A DNA stretch of 64,000 nt from Acidobacteriota bacterium (GCA_002730525.1 PCAK01000005.1:1280-65279), one strand, 5' to 3'. Shown: positions 9,937 through 20,339, counted from the stretch's first letter. Numbers and translations are program-made. The notes: a model not told the origin generated them from the letters alone.

Positions 9937-10827
9937 GTGCCGAAGAACACCCGAACCATGTGGAGAGTCAGCGTCCTGGCCGCTGCGACCCTGGCGATGA
10001 CCGCCACCGCGACCATCGATGTCGAGGCGCAGCGTCGACGGGCCGGTCCGCGCATCGGCCCGCGCGGCGGCCGGACCACCGTGCGCGTGGTAAGGCCGAT
10101 CTACCGGCCGTACTACGGCTTCGGCTACCAGTACGGCGCCTACCCGTACGGCTACTACTCTCCGAGCTACTACTACCCGGCGTACGACCCGACGACGGCG
10201 GTGCGGATCCAGGTCAAGCCGGAAGCCACCGAGGTCTACGTCGACGGCTACTTCGCGGGTGTCGTGGACGACTTCGACGGCTTCTTCCAGCGGCTGCGCC
10301 TACCGCCCGGCGAGTACGAGATCGCGCTGCGGTTGGACGGCCACCGCGCCGTGAGTGAATGGTTGCGACTGACCCACGGGTCTACAGTGAAGGTCCGCCA
10401 CGTCATGGTCCCGCTCGAACCTGGCGAGAGCCAGCCGCCGCCACCCGAGCCGGTCGAACCGATCGATCCGACGGCCTACGGCACCGCGCAGCTGCCCGAG
10501 GCAGGTGACCCGCGGGTTTCGACCGACCCACGGTTGGCCCCGGCGGCGCCCGCGCCTCGAACCTCTCGCCCGCTGCGCGCCGAGTCGACTTTCGGCGCCA
10601 TCGCCGTACGTGCCCAGCCCTCCGACGCCGAAGTCCTGATCGACGGTGAGCGGTGGCAGGGGCCGACTGGATCTGAGCGACTGACCGTCGAGGTGGGCGC
10701 CGGCGTGCACGTGGTGGAGGTCCACAAGCCTGGCTACGAACCCTACATGGCCGAGATCGAGGTCTTGCCGGGCGAAACTCTCAATCTGAACGTTAGCCTG
10801 CCACGGCTGCCGGTTCGCGGAGTCTGA
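9937..10827 (+). CDS. Secreted protein with two PEGA domains
   Basis: GGAGG RBS + GTG, signal peptide, Tyr/Gly-rich stretch, VKPEATEVYVDGY and AQPSDAEVLIDGE repeats. Confidence 0.8.
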   Translation: MPKNTRTMWRVSVLAAATLAMTATATIDVEAQRRRAGPRIGPRGGRTTVRVVRPIYRPYYGFGYQYGAYPYGYYSPSYYYPAYDPTTAVRIQVKPEATEVYVDGYFAGVVDDFDGFFQRLRLPPGEYEIALRLDGHRAVSEWLRLTHGSTVKVRHVMVPLEPGESQPPPPEPVEPIDPTAYGTAQLPEAGDPRVSTDPRLAPAAPAPRTSRPLRAESTFGAIAVRAQPSDAEVLIDGERWQGPTGSERLTVEVGAGVHVVEVHKPGYEPYMAEIEVLPGETLNLNVSLPRLPVRGV

Positions 10828-10834
10828 CACCTCG

Positions 10835-11508
10835 ATGCCACCAACCCTGATGTCGCGGATGACGCAGGTCGGCGTGATTGCGGCGATCGTCACCGGGCTT
10901 CTCGCGCCGGACACGGCGCACGCCCAGTCGCCGGCAGGCAACGGATTCGTCGTCGAGCGGATCGAGACCGGCTTCACCGTCACGCCAGATTTCAAGTTCA
11001 CCGAATTCGATGACCGGTCGGCGCGGCTGGCCGGCGTCTACGGCGGCTGGGTCAACGACCGCCGGCTGCTCATCGGCGGTGGGGGCTACTGGCTGACGAA
11101 CCGCGAGTCTGACTTCGCGATGGGCTACGGCGGCCTCGTCGTCGAGTGGTTCGCCAAGCTGGACGGCCCGGTGGACCTCAGCGTGCGGAGCCTCGTCGGG
11201 GGCGGCAGCGCGACGTTGTCAGACGAGGTCGGGACCATCGAACTGCCGGTGTTTCACAGTCGATTCGGCCCGCCCACACGCCCAGGCAATCTCAGGCCGG
11301 ACCCGCGGACCCGCACGATCGACGTCGGGCGCGTGATCCGATACGACACGTTCTTCGTGGCCGAACCGCAGATCAACGCGCTCGTGCGCCTGACCGACTG
11401 GCTCCGCGTGAGCGTGGCGCAGGGTACCGGCTGACCGGCGCGACCGACGTGCTCGGTGATCGGGTGCGCGGCCTGACCGGGACCGTCGGCTTCCAGCTCG
11501 GGTTGTAG
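10835..11508 (+). pseudogene. Outer-membrane beta-barrel protein frameshifted near its C-terminus (~11416)
   Basis: Signal peptide and amphipathic strands; one added base turns VSVAQGTG* into VSVGAGYRLTG...GTVGFQLGL*. Confidence 0.7.
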
Positions 11509-11586
11509 TCGCAGACGGCAGGCCGGGGGCGATCCACCTCCCGTCCCCAGCCTCGCCGTCGCGGCCCCGCTTACGCCAACCGCCGG

Positions 11587-11595
11587 TGGTACAAT
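11587..11595 (+). promoter_or_regulatory. Putative extended -10 promoter (TGGTACAAT)
   Basis: TGn-TACAAT about 50 nt before the TauE-family gene. Confidence 0.4.
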
Positions 11596-11642
11596 CCGGT
11601 GTTCGGCGCACCCGCCTCGGCCTGCCCTGAACGACCCAGACC

Positions 11643-12359
11643 GTGAACCCGCTCGAGATCGCCCTCGCCGTGACCACCATCGCCGTCGGAGCGCTGCTCC
11701 AGGGATCGGTCGGCTTCGGCCTCGCCATGGTGGCGGCGCCGGTCCTGGTCCTCATCGATCCGCGGTTCGTACCGGCCCCTTTGCTCTTCGGGTCGTTGTC
11801 GCTGACAGCGCTCATGGCCTACCGCGATCGGGCGGGGATCGATTTCTTCGGACTGCAGTGGGCGCTGCTCGGCCGGCTCGGCGGCACCGCGGTCGGGCTG
11901 TACGCGCTGACCCGACTCCCCAGTGACCGGTTCATCTTCGCCTTCGGCGTGCTCGTGCTCCTCGCCGTCGGGCTGAGCGTGTCCGGCCTCCATCTGCGCC
12001 CGACCCGGCGGACACTGGTGAGCGCCGGCATCATCTCAGGCTTCATGGGCACGACGACGTCAATCGGCGGCCCGCCGATCGCGCTCGTCTACCAGCACGC
12101 CCCGGGTCCCAAACTGCGCGGCACCTTGGCGGGCTTCTTCATCTCCGGCGTCTCGATTTCGCTGGTGGCGCTGGCGGCGATCGGCCGCTTGGGAACTACG
12201 GAACTCTGGCTCGCCGCGATGCTGCAGCCCGGCGTCGTGGTGGGATTCGCGGTCTCGAATCGCTTGATTGGCAGCCTGAATCCGGCGCGGCTGCGGCCAG
12301 CGGTCCTGACGGTGGCGGCCGCGATGGCGATCGTCGTGATTCTGAAGGAGCTCTTCTAA
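11643..12359 (+). CDS. TauE/SafE (TSUP) family membrane protein
   Basis: QGSVGFG and SIGGPP motifs, about 8 TM. Confidence 0.85.
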   Translation: MNPLEIALAVTTIAVGALLQGSVGFGLAMVAAPVLVLIDPRFVPAPLLFGSLSLTALMAYRDRAGIDFFGLQWALLGRLGGTAVGLYALTRLPSDRFIFAFGVLVLLAVGLSVSGLHLRPTRRTLVSAGIISGFMGTTTSIGGPPIALVYQHAPGPKLRGTLAGFFISGVSISLVALAAIGRLGTTELWLAAMLQPGVVVGFAVSNRLIGSLNPARLRPAVLTVAAAMAIVVILKELF

Positions 12360-12366
12360 CCCGCCG

Positions 12367-13638
12367 TCACTCTGCGGGTCCGGCCACGGCCAGGATCGTG
12401 GTCAGGACGACCTGCAGCCCGCGCACCGTCGGCTCGCGGTCGATGTCGACCCATTCGTCCAGCGAATGACTGCGGCCGCCGAGACCGCCGCGACCGATCG
12501 TGATCGCCGGAATTCCCAGGCTGATCGGTAGATTCGCGTCTGTGCTCGACGTCCGCTGCCGGGACTCGATGCCGAACGCCCTCGCGGCGGCGATGGCCGC
12601 CCGCATGATCGGCGCGCTGGCAGGCGTGAGGCCCGAGGGACGGTCGCCGATCAGCTCGAGATCGAGTTCGATCGGCCCCTGGGAGACCGAACGCGTCGCG
12701 TTCTCCTCGTCGACCGCCATATCCATCGCGCCGAGGAAGGCCTCGACGAGCTTGTCGAGTTCCTCAGGCGATTCCGACCGCATGTCGATATCCATCGACG
12801 TCTCGAACGGAATCGAGTTGACCGAGGTGCCGCCGCGCACGATCCCGACGCTGAGGGTCGTCTTCGGGTTCTCGGGCACGTCGATGGCCGCGAACCGCTG
12901 CATCGCACCCGCCATCGCGAACGCCGGATTCACCAGGCCGAACGCACCGTAGCTGTGTCCGCCCGGTCCACGGAAGGTCGCCCGGTAGCGGCGGCTGCCG
13001 AGCGCGCCGTTGGTGATCGCGGACTGGCCACCCGACTCGACCGACATGAATGCGGTGATCCGATCCCGGTAGGCACCCTCGCGAAACAGATACTTCACAC
13101 CGCGCAGGTCGCCGGGGCCTTCCTCCCCGACGTTGCCGATGAAAAGCACGTCGGACGCGGTCTCGAGCGATGCCGCGTCGAGGGCCCGGATGACGGCCAG
13201 CAGCGTCGCGAGCCCGGCGGTGTCGTCGCCGATGCCCGGCGCTTTGAGTCGGGTGCCGCTGCGGCGCACGGTCACGTCGGTCTCTGGCGGAAACACCGTA
13301 TCGATGTGGGCGGCCACCGCCAGGAGCGGTCCCCCGCCGGTCCCCCGCCGCAGCCCCATGACGTTGCCGACGCCGTCCTGCTCGACGTCGAGCCCGGCCG
13401 CCTGCAGCATCGTCATGTAGGCGACGGCCCGCGCGTCCTCCGTGAATGGCGGCGCGGGAATCTCGGTCAACTCGATGAGTTCGCGGACGAAACGGTCGTA
13501 ATCGCGATCGAGATGGTCGAGCGCGGCCTGATACGCGGGGTTCGCCTGGAGAGTCGCCAGGTCGGAGGTCGGCTGGCCTGACGCGGTATCGACAAGCGCG
13601 CCGACCAGAAGCAGTACCGCTAGTGTCTTCGTCATCAT
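12367..13638 (-). CDS. Secreted M20/M25/M40 family metallo-hydrolase
   Basis: AHIDTV, GIGDD, VGEEG, GGHS, SSTDAN, HSLDEW; signal peptide. Confidence 0.88.
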   Translation of the reverse strand: MMTKTLAVLLLVGALVDTASGQPTSDLATLQANPAYQAALDHLDRDYDRFVRELIELTEIPAPPFTEDARAVAYMTMLQAAGLDVEQDGVGNVMGLRRGTGGGPLLAVAAHIDTVFPPETDVTVRRSGTRLKAPGIGDDTAGLATLLAVIRALDAASLETASDVLFIGNVGEEGPGDLRGVKYLFREGAYRDRITAFMSVESGGQSAITNGALGSRRYRATFRGPGGHSYGAFGLVNPAFAMAGAMQRFAAIDVPENPKTTLSVGIVRGGTSVNSIPFETSMDIDMRSESPEELDKLVEAFLGAMDMAVDEENATRSVSQGPIELDLELIGDRPSGLTPASAPIMRAAIAAARAFGIESRQRTSSTDANLPISLGIPAITIGRGGLGGRSHSLDEWVDIDREPTVRGLQVVLTTILAVAGPAE

Positions 13639-13741
13639 CCCTGCGGCCACCCGCCGTCGGTCGACGCTGGCCAACGAGAGCGTAGCAAGCCCACCTCGAA
13701 GCCGCAACCGTCGCGCGATCGCGCTATACTGAAGTGGACTG

Positions 13742-13960
13742 ATGCCGATCTACGAGTATCAGTGCCGCGAGTGCGGCCACGATTTCGAGATTCTGCAGCG
13801 CCTGGGCGAGAGCGCCAAGGGCCTAGCCTGCCCGAACTGCGATCGGAAGACGCTCGACAAACAGTTCTCGACGTTCGCTGGCACCGTCGCCGGCGACGGC
13901 CCAGGATCGGGCGGCGATTGCAGCCCGGGCAACATGTGCGGCCCCGGCGGCTTCACCTGA
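13742..13960 (+). CDS. FmdB-family zinc-ribbon protein
   Basis: MPIYEYQCRECG...CPNC; TATACT at 13725-13730 upstream. Confidence 0.88.
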   Translation: MPIYEYQCRECGHDFEILQRLGESAKGLACPNCDRKTLDKQFSTFAGTVAGDGPGSGGDCSPGNMCGPGGFT

Positions 13961-14029
13961 AACGCGGCCTGAGCAGGCGGCCCGGCGGGCCGCTCCGATC
14001 CTCGCCCCACCCACTCAACGGAGAAGACG

Positions 14030-15091
14030 TTGAGATTCCGAACCGTCCGCGTGGCGTCCTGCTTCGTGGCCCTGCTCGCGTGCGCGGCCGCGACGGCGCC
14101 GGCCGATGCCGGCGATCCACCAGTCGCGTCGGTCGCCTTCGACCCGATCCAGCTGGAAGCCGCCGTCGAGGTGGCCGCGGCGATGCCGCGCCTGCACAGC
14201 CTGCTGGTCGCGCGGCGCAGCGAACTGCTTCTCGAATGCTACTTCAACGGCGCCAGCGGGCGGCGCGTCGCCAACATCAAGTCGGCGTCGAAGAGCGTCC
14301 TGTCGTCGCTGGTCGGCATCGCGCTGGGCCGTGGCGACCTGACGAGCGTCGACCAAACGGTTGGCGAGTTCTTCCCCGAGTATCTCGTGTCGACCGGCGA
14401 CCCTCGCAAGCGCGAGATCACGATCGAAGATCTGCTCACCATGCGCGCGGGGCTCGAATCGACCAGCTTCGGCAACTACGGCGCCTGGGTGCTCAGCGGC
14501 AACTGGGTACGCCACGCCCTGCAGCGGCCGATGCAGTCCGAGCCCGGCACGACCCGACGCTACAGCACCGGCAACACGCACCTGCTCTCCGCCATCCTCA
14601 CGCAGGCAACGGGCATGAGCACCTGGCAGTTCGCCCAGCGCCACCTGGCCGAGCCGCTGGGATTCTCGCTGGCCCGCTGGCCGACCGACCCGCAGGGGAT
14701 CTACTTCGGCGGCAACGACATGCTGTTCACGCCGCGCCAGATGGTGGCGTTCGGCCAGCTCTACCTCGACCGCGGCAGAACCGGCGACACCGAGATCGTG
14801 CCCGCGCAGTGGGTCGACAAATCAGTCGTCACGCGCACCCGCTCCCGGCGCGGCGCCCGCGGCTACGGCTATAGCTGGTGGGTGCGATACGCGGGGACCC
14901 GGAAGATCTTCTACGCGTGGGGATACGGCGGCCAGTTCATCTTCGTCGTGCCCGATCTCGAGCTGGTCGTGGTGACGACCTCGTCGGTGAATCCGCGCGG
15001 GCGAACGTTCGACCACAATCGACAGATCTACGAGATCGTCGAGGAGGTGATCGTCCCCGCCGCGGAAGCAGCGGGGACCAACGCGGACTGA
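14030..15091 (+). CDS. Secreted serine hydrolase, class C beta-lactamase-like family
   Basis: SASK (SxxK), LLTMRAG, YST, WGYGGQ. Confidence 0.88.
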   Translation: MRFRTVRVASCFVALLACAAATAPADAGDPPVASVAFDPIQLEAAVEVAAAMPRLHSLLVARRSELLLECYFNGASGRRVANIKSASKSVLSSLVGIALGRGDLTSVDQTVGEFFPEYLVSTGDPRKREITIEDLLTMRAGLESTSFGNYGAWVLSGNWVRHALQRPMQSEPGTTRRYSTGNTHLLSAILTQATGMSTWQFAQRHLAEPLGFSLARWPTDPQGIYFGGNDMLFTPRQMVAFGQLYLDRGRTGDTEIVPAQWVDKSVVTRTRSRRGARGYGYSWWVRYAGTRKIFYAWGYGGQFIFVVPDLELVVVTTSSVNPRGRTFDHNRQIYEIVEEVIVPAAEAAGTNAD

Positions 15092-15196
15092 CGAGCGGCG
15101 GCTGGTAGGTGAACGGGCACCTGCGGGGTAAGATCTGGGGGCGTTTCGCGGGAGCTGGTCTTTCCGGCTCTGAAACCCAGAGGCGGGAGCTCTGAC

Positions 15197-17242
15197 ATGA
15201 CGCGACCGATCGGAGTGCTCATCCTGCTTGGCTTGCTGGCCTCCTGTAGCGGCAGCGTGTCGCCGCCGGCAGAAGAATACGTCACGAACGAGCGAGGGCT
15301 CGATCGGCGCAACGTGGACCTGTCAGCCGACGTGTGCACGGACTTCTACGCGTACGCCAACGGGATGTGGCTCACCCGCAACCCTATCCCACCAGAGTAC
15401 AGCTCCTGGGGCGTGAGCTCTGAGTTGCGGGAACGCAACTACACGACGTTGCGCGAGATTCTCGAGCAGTCAGCGGCGTCCGGCGCCGAGACGAGCACGA
15501 ATGAACAGAAGGTCGGCGACTTCTGGGCGTCCGGCATGGACACCGAGAAGATCGAGGCCGACGGCGCCACGGCGCTCTCGGCGGATTTCGATCGGCTCGA
15601 CCGCGTCGAGAACATCCAGGACCTGCAGACACTACTGAACGAACTCCAGGCCGAGGGCACGGCCGTGCTGTTCGATTTCGGCGTCGATCAGGACCTGAGG
15701 AACAGCGAGCAGTACATCCTGTACGCGGTGCAGGGCGGCCTCGGACTGCCCGATCGCGATTACTACGTACGCGCGGATGAGGAATCGGTCGCCCTCCGAG
15801 ACCAGTACGTCGTCCACATCTCGAAGATGCTTCAACTGGTCGGCGGCTCCCCGCAAGACGCGGACGCGGCCGCCACGGCCATCCTCGACCTCGAGACCAG
15901 ACTGGCCGAGGCTTCGCTGACCAACGTGGAACTGCGCGATCCGTCGAACTACTACAATATTCAATCAGTGGCCGACGCCGACTCGGCGACGCCAAACTTC
16001 TCGTGGACCCGCTTCCTCGATCAACTCGGGCTGGGACATCTCGAGACATTCTCCTATGCCCACCCCAAGTTCTTCGACGAGATGAACGCCATGCTCGAGC
16101 AGATTACGCTCGACACCTGGAAGGATTACGTCCGCTGGCATCTCACGACGAGCTATGCGCCCTATTTGTCGGACACGTTCGTCGATGAAGACTTCGCGTT
16201 CTTCTCCAAGACACTCCGCGGTACGGAGGAGATCCTTCCACGCTGGAAGCGCGTCGTGGACCGAACGAGCGCCAGCATGGGCGAAGCCCTGGGTGAGGTC
16301 TACGTCGCCCGAGCGTTCCCACCCGCGACGAAGGCGCGGGCCGCCGCGATGATTGAGGGTCTACGCACCGCGGTGCGCTCCCGATTGCAGGGCTTGGACT
16401 GGATGGGTGAGACGACCAAGGCTCTGGCCCTGGAGAAACTGGAGTCCTTCGTCTTCAAGATCGGCTACCCCGATGAATGGCGAGACTACTCGAGTCTCAA
16501 CGTTGGCCGCGATAGCTACCTCGCCAATGTTCGAGCGGGTCGAGCGTTCGAAGTACGCCGCAACACAGAGAAGATCGGCCAGCCGATCGATCGTAGCGAA
16601 TGGGAGATGTCGCCCCAGACGGTCAACGCCTACTACAACCCGCTGATGAACGAGATCGTCTTCCCCGCCGCCATCATGCAGCCGCCGTTCTTCGACGGCG
16701 AGGTGGACGACGCGGTGAATTACGGCGCCATGGGGGCCATCATCGGCCATGAGTTCATGCACGGCTTCGACGACCAGGGCAGCCGCTTTGACGCCGAGGG
16801 CAACATGGCGAACTGGTGGACGGATGAAGACCGCGCGCGCTTCGACGAGCGAACCGCAAAGCTGGTCACTCAGTACGGCGGCTTTGTGGCGATCGACGAT
16901 CTCCGCGTCAATGGCGAGTTGACGTTGGGAGAAAACATCGGAGACCTCGCCGGCATCACCATGGCCTACTATGCATTGCAGAGCGCGCTGCGAGACGCCG
17001 ATCCAGGAGACATCGACGGCTTCACCCCGAACCAGCGATTCTTTCTCTCTTGGGCTCAGTCGTGGCGCCGCAACCAGCGACCGGAGGATGTCCGGCTGCA
17101 GGTCAATACCGACCCACACTCCCCGTCGAAGTTTCGTACCAACGGTCCGCTGGCCAACATGCCGGAGTTCGCGTTGGCGTTCGGCTGCCAGGCGGGCGAC
17201 CCGATGGTTCAGGATTCCGACGATCGCGCCGGTATCTGGTAG
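15197..17242 (+). CDS. M13 (neprilysin/PepO) metalloendopeptidase, lipoprotein
   Basis: Lipobox LASC, VNAYY, HEFMH, GENIGD, DPHSP. Confidence 0.95.
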   Translation: MTRPIGVLILLGLLASCSGSVSPPAEEYVTNERGLDRRNVDLSADVCTDFYAYANGMWLTRNPIPPEYSSWGVSSELRERNYTTLREILEQSAASGAETSTNEQKVGDFWASGMDTEKIEADGATALSADFDRLDRVENIQDLQTLLNELQAEGTAVLFDFGVDQDLRNSEQYILYAVQGGLGLPDRDYYVRADEESVALRDQYVVHISKMLQLVGGSPQDADAAATAILDLETRLAEASLTNVELRDPSNYYNIQSVADADSATPNFSWTRFLDQLGLGHLETFSYAHPKFFDEMNAMLEQITLDTWKDYVRWHLTTSYAPYLSDTFVDEDFAFFSKTLRGTEEILPRWKRVVDRTSASMGEALGEVYVARAFPPATKARAAAMIEGLRTAVRSRLQGLDWMGETTKALALEKLESFVFKIGYPDEWRDYSSLNVGRDSYLANVRAGRAFEVRRNTEKIGQPIDRSEWEMSPQTVNAYYNPLMNEIVFPAAIMQPPFFDGEVDDAVNYGAMGAIIGHEFMHGFDDQGSRFDAEGNMANWWTDEDRARFDERTAKLVTQYGGFVAIDDLRVNGELTLGENIGDLAGITMAYYALQSALRDADPGDIDGFTPNQRFFLSWAQSWRRNQRPEDVRLQVNTDPHSPSKFRTNGPLANMPEFALAFGCQAGDPMVQDSDDRAGIW

Positions 17243-17309
17243 GGGATCCGCGAACGCGACGGCGGCGAGGACCGCGCCGGTGAGGGCGTCGCGCCTGGCT
17301 CCTTGGAAC

Positions 17310-18182
17310 TCATGACCCCGCCTCGCGTCTGCCAGGACTGACGTCGGCCGTCAACGCCACGACGTGCGCGGGCCGAGTCACTCCCTCGTTCAACGACCCC
17401 GAGCGGTAGCCCTGGAGGTCGACGGTCACCTGCTCGAAACCCGCGGCGCGGAACTCCTTGACGATCACGTCGCGAACATCATCCTGCAAGAGCCGAGCGA
17501 TCTGGTCCGGCGCCACCTCGATCCGCGCGATCGTGTCGTGATACCGGACGCGGCAGACCGCGAAGCCCTGCGCGTGCAGGCTCCGTTCACAGCGCCAGAC
17601 CTGCCGCAGGCGGTCCAACGTGATTTCGGTGCCGTACGGAAACCGGCTCGACAGACAGGCCAGCGCGGGCTTATCCCAGACCGGCAGCCCGATCCGTCGC
17701 GCGGCCTCGCGAATGTCGGCCTTGGTGAACTCGAGTTCGTCGAGTGGCGACCGGACGCCCCGCTCGCGCGCCGCCTTCCGCCCCGGACGATGATCGCCCC
17801 GGTCGTCGACGTTGAAGCCATCGAGGACGTAGGGGGTGCCCAACTCGCGCGCGTGGGCTGTCGCCGCGCCGTAGGTCTCGACCTTGCAAAAGTAACAGCG
17901 GTCGACCGGGTTGGCGGCGTAGCGCGGATCGTCCAACTCCTGGGTCTCGACGAGCAGGTGCCGCGCACCGATCGACTCGGCGAGCCGACGCGCGTCGGCG
18001 CCTTCCTCCGGCGCGAGGCTCGGCGATACCGCCGTCAGCGCGATCGCATCCTCGCCGACTGCCGCGACCGCTTCGGCCAGGAGGTAGCCCGAATCGACGC
18101 CGCCAGAGAAGCAGACGACCATCTGCCGCATCTCGCGCAGCAGCGTCCGCAGGCGGGTCACCTTGGCATCGAGCACGGGCAT
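17310..18182 (-). CDS. larE: ATP-dependent sacrificial sulfur transferase LarE family
   Basis: PP-loop SGGVDS, RCYFCK, DHRPG, KPALACLSSRFPYG, GYRSGSLN. Confidence 0.9.
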   Translation of the reverse strand: MPVLDAKVTRLRTLLREMRQMVVCFSGGVDSGYLLAEAVAAVGEDAIALTAVSPSLAPEEGADARRLAESIGARHLLVETQELDDPRYAANPVDRCYFCKVETYGAATAHARELGTPYVLDGFNVDDRGDHRPGRKAARERGVRSPLDELEFTKADIREAARRIGLPVWDKPALACLSSRFPYGTEITLDRLRQVWRCERSLHAQGFAVCRVRYHDTIARIEVAPDQIARLLQDDVRDVIVKEFRAAGFEQVTVDLQGYRSGSLNEGVTRPAHVVALTADVSPGRREAGS

Positions 18183-18214
18183 CGGTGGTCGCGCCTCTCT
18201 CGGTCGTCTACCGG

Positions 18215-18721
18215 TTACGCGACGCCGACCCGGAAGAACGCGCGGCCGTGCCACGCCGAGCGCGCGGGCACTTCCCAGCGTCCGGCTCGCAGCTCGCCGA
18301 CCGTGGTCAGGGTGTTGTCGAACACGGGGGTGTCTGGGTTCACGTCACCGCCCGCCGCGAGGTCGGCGAACTGCGGGCGCGACACGGAGTCGATCTCCTC
18401 GCCCCGCCGGAACGTCACCGACGCCCGATCGGCGAGCTTGATCCCGAGCACGCCTTCGAGTCGCTGGATCTCATGTACCAGCGCATCGATGGAGCATCCC
18501 GAGGCTCCGGCCGCGGTCTCATCGACGCCGACCATCAAGAATCGATCGTGCCGCCAATCCCGCGCGGCAGTCAGATGCGCGCGATGAGCAGTCCAGTCGG
18601 CAAGAAACCGGTCGATCCCGGCGAGCAGGCGCTGGGCGTCGGGATGCGTCAGCGCCCGATCGGCGCCAAAGATCCAGAGGCGCGCCGCGTCGGGCAGTTG
18701 GTCGAATGCAGAGAGTGACAT
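18215..18721 (-). CDS. Conserved hypothetical protein with WTAH and ASGCSID motifs
   Basis: FDQLPDAARLWIF, FLADWTAH, GASGCSIDAL, VFDNTL, SAWH; family often labelled 'ABC transporter ATPase' but no Walker motifs here. Confidence 0.75.
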   Translation of the reverse strand: MSLSAFDQLPDAARLWIFGADRALTHPDAQRLLAGIDRFLADWTAHRAHLTAARDWRHDRFLMVGVDETAAGASGCSIDALVHEIQRLEGVLGIKLADRASVTFRRGEEIDSVSRPQFADLAAGGDVNPDTPVFDNTLTTVGELRAGRWEVPARSAWHGRAFFRVGVA

Positions 18722-18854
18722 CGGGCACCATTGTACTGCAGCCGGTGGCCGCCGTTGGTTGTCCCCGCGCGGCGATCCATACCAAGATGCCGGAAGCCCG
18801 CGTGTCCCGTATCGCCTGACCCAAGAGGCCGCCGCCACGGAAGGACCCGAAGCC

Positions 18855-19649
18855 ATGAGCATGACGCTGTCGCCCCGAGTCGCCCGGATCTTGATCAGCC
18901 TGTCCGCCGTCTACCTCGTGCAGGCCGGCGTCTTTCCACGGCACGCTGCGGGGCAACCAGAGGAGTTCTCGGCGATCGTCCAGATCGAACAGGATTCGAA
19001 CGAGACGATGGAGATGACCTATTACGTCGCGCCGGGCCGGGTCAGGATGGATCTGCCGCAGGCGTCGATGATCTGGACCGGCGGCGACGAGTCGAGCATG
19101 CTCATGGTCCAGCACAGCGAGCGCCACTACATGGAGTGGGGCGGCGAGCAGATGAAGATGATGCAGCAGATGATGAGTCGGATGGGACGCGGCGGTGCCG
19201 ACGGAGGCGCGGCCGCGGCGCCCACCGAACCACCCGCCGACCTCCGATTCGAAACGGCCGGCAACCGCGAGACGATTCAAGGTTGGGACGCGTTCGAGGT
19301 GTTCGTCGAATCCTCGGAGGGCGAGGACCGGTTCTGGTTGACCGAGGACACCGAGATCGGCCTGTTCGAAGTGCTCTCCTCGTTCGCGGACATCGCCGGG
19401 TCGATGCAGATGCCAATGGGCATGGGACAGGCGCAGCAGGAGCCCCAGGCGATGATGTCGCGGTATCAGCAGATGGCGCGCGCCCAAGGATTGCCAGAGG
19501 GTCGGGCGGTCCGGATCGTGTCGGACGCCGAGGATGCGGCGAACATCACCCTGGTGGGCGTGCAGGTCAGCACCGCGCCGGACGGCACGTTCACCCCGCC
19601 CGCAGACTACGAGAAAATGGAGATGCTGGCCTTCCCCGGCCGCCGGTAG
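18855..19649 (+). CDS. Secreted protein, DUF4412-like
   Basis: Signal peptide, GRVRMD, ETIQGW, C-terminal FTPPADYEKM. Confidence 0.65.
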   Translation: MSMTLSPRVARILISLSAVYLVQAGVFPRHAAGQPEEFSAIVQIEQDSNETMEMTYYVAPGRVRMDLPQASMIWTGGDESSMLMVQHSERHYMEWGGEQMKMMQQMMSRMGRGGADGGAAAAPTEPPADLRFETAGNRETIQGWDAFEVFVESSEGEDRFWLTEDTEIGLFEVLSSFADIAGSMQMPMGMGQAQQEPQAMMSRYQQMARAQGLPEGRAVRIVSDAEDAANITLVGVQVSTAPDGTFTPPADYEKMEMLAFPGRR

Positions 19650-19661
19650 ATCGGCGCCCCG

Positions 19662-20339
19662 TCAAGGCATGTCCCAGCGCGCCAGCGACGCGCGGTTGTG
19701 GCGTCGCCCCTTCACCCACCAGGCCCCCGAGTGGCCGTAGCGCTCGAGCAACGGCTTGAGGTCGTGCCGACGGCAGAAGTCGTAATAGGCCTCGCGGCAG
19801 CCCTCCCAGTGGCCGAAGTCACCGAGCACGATCGCGCCCCCGTCGGCGACGAGTGGATAGAAGCGCTCGAGCGACTCGATCGCACTGTCGTACCAGTCGG
19901 CATCCACGTGCAGTAGGGCAATCCGCTCCGGTGCCGGCGGTGCCGCGAACGTCTCCGCGAACCATCCGGGCCGAATCGTGTACTCCCCCACCCCGGCGAT
20001 CTCGAGCGCCGCGACGACTCGGTCTTCGGTGCCGCGACACCGCCCCGCCCATCCGTCGGCCGCCGCGCCGTCACGCGGGCCAGGCGGCGGCAACCCCTCG
20101 AACGAGTCGTAGAGCCAGACGGATCGTCCGGGCAAGCCAAGCGACAGCGCGGCCGCCGACCCGCCGTTGCGGACGCCGCACTCGACCAGATCGCCCGTGA
20201 CGCCGCGGTCACCCACGTCGTAGGCGATCTCGCACAACCGCGTCAGCTCTCTGCTATCCGAGCAGGAAAACTCGGCCAGGCGGTCGATGCGACCGAGCAT
20301 CTCCGCAAGCATCGTCGTCTCGGTCCTCGCCTCGGTCAT
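19662..20339 (-). CDS. TylF/MycF/NovP-family O-methyltransferase
   Basis: GDLVECGV, YDSFEGLP, GWFAET, LLHVDADWYDS. Confidence 0.88.
   Translation of the reverse strand: MTEARTETTMLAEMLGRIDRLAEFSCSDSRELTRLCEIAYDVGDRGVTGDLVECGVRNGGSAAALSLGLPGRSVWLYDSFEGLPPPGPRDGAAADGWAGRCRGTEDRVVAALEIAGVGEYTIRPGWFAETFAAPPAPERIALLHVDADWYDSAIESLERFYPLVADGGAIVLGDFGHWEGCREAYYDFCRRHDLKPLLERYGHSGAWWVKGRRHNRASLARWDMP

Noticed and set aside
14030..15091. Antibiotic-resistance beta-lactamases (also 49766-50743)
   Set aside because: Only fold-level motifs; canonical YxN/SDN triads are absent
15197..17242. Horizontal origin of the M13 gene (seems slightly less GC3-rich)
   Set aside because: Impression only, not quantified, and no mobility signatures flank it
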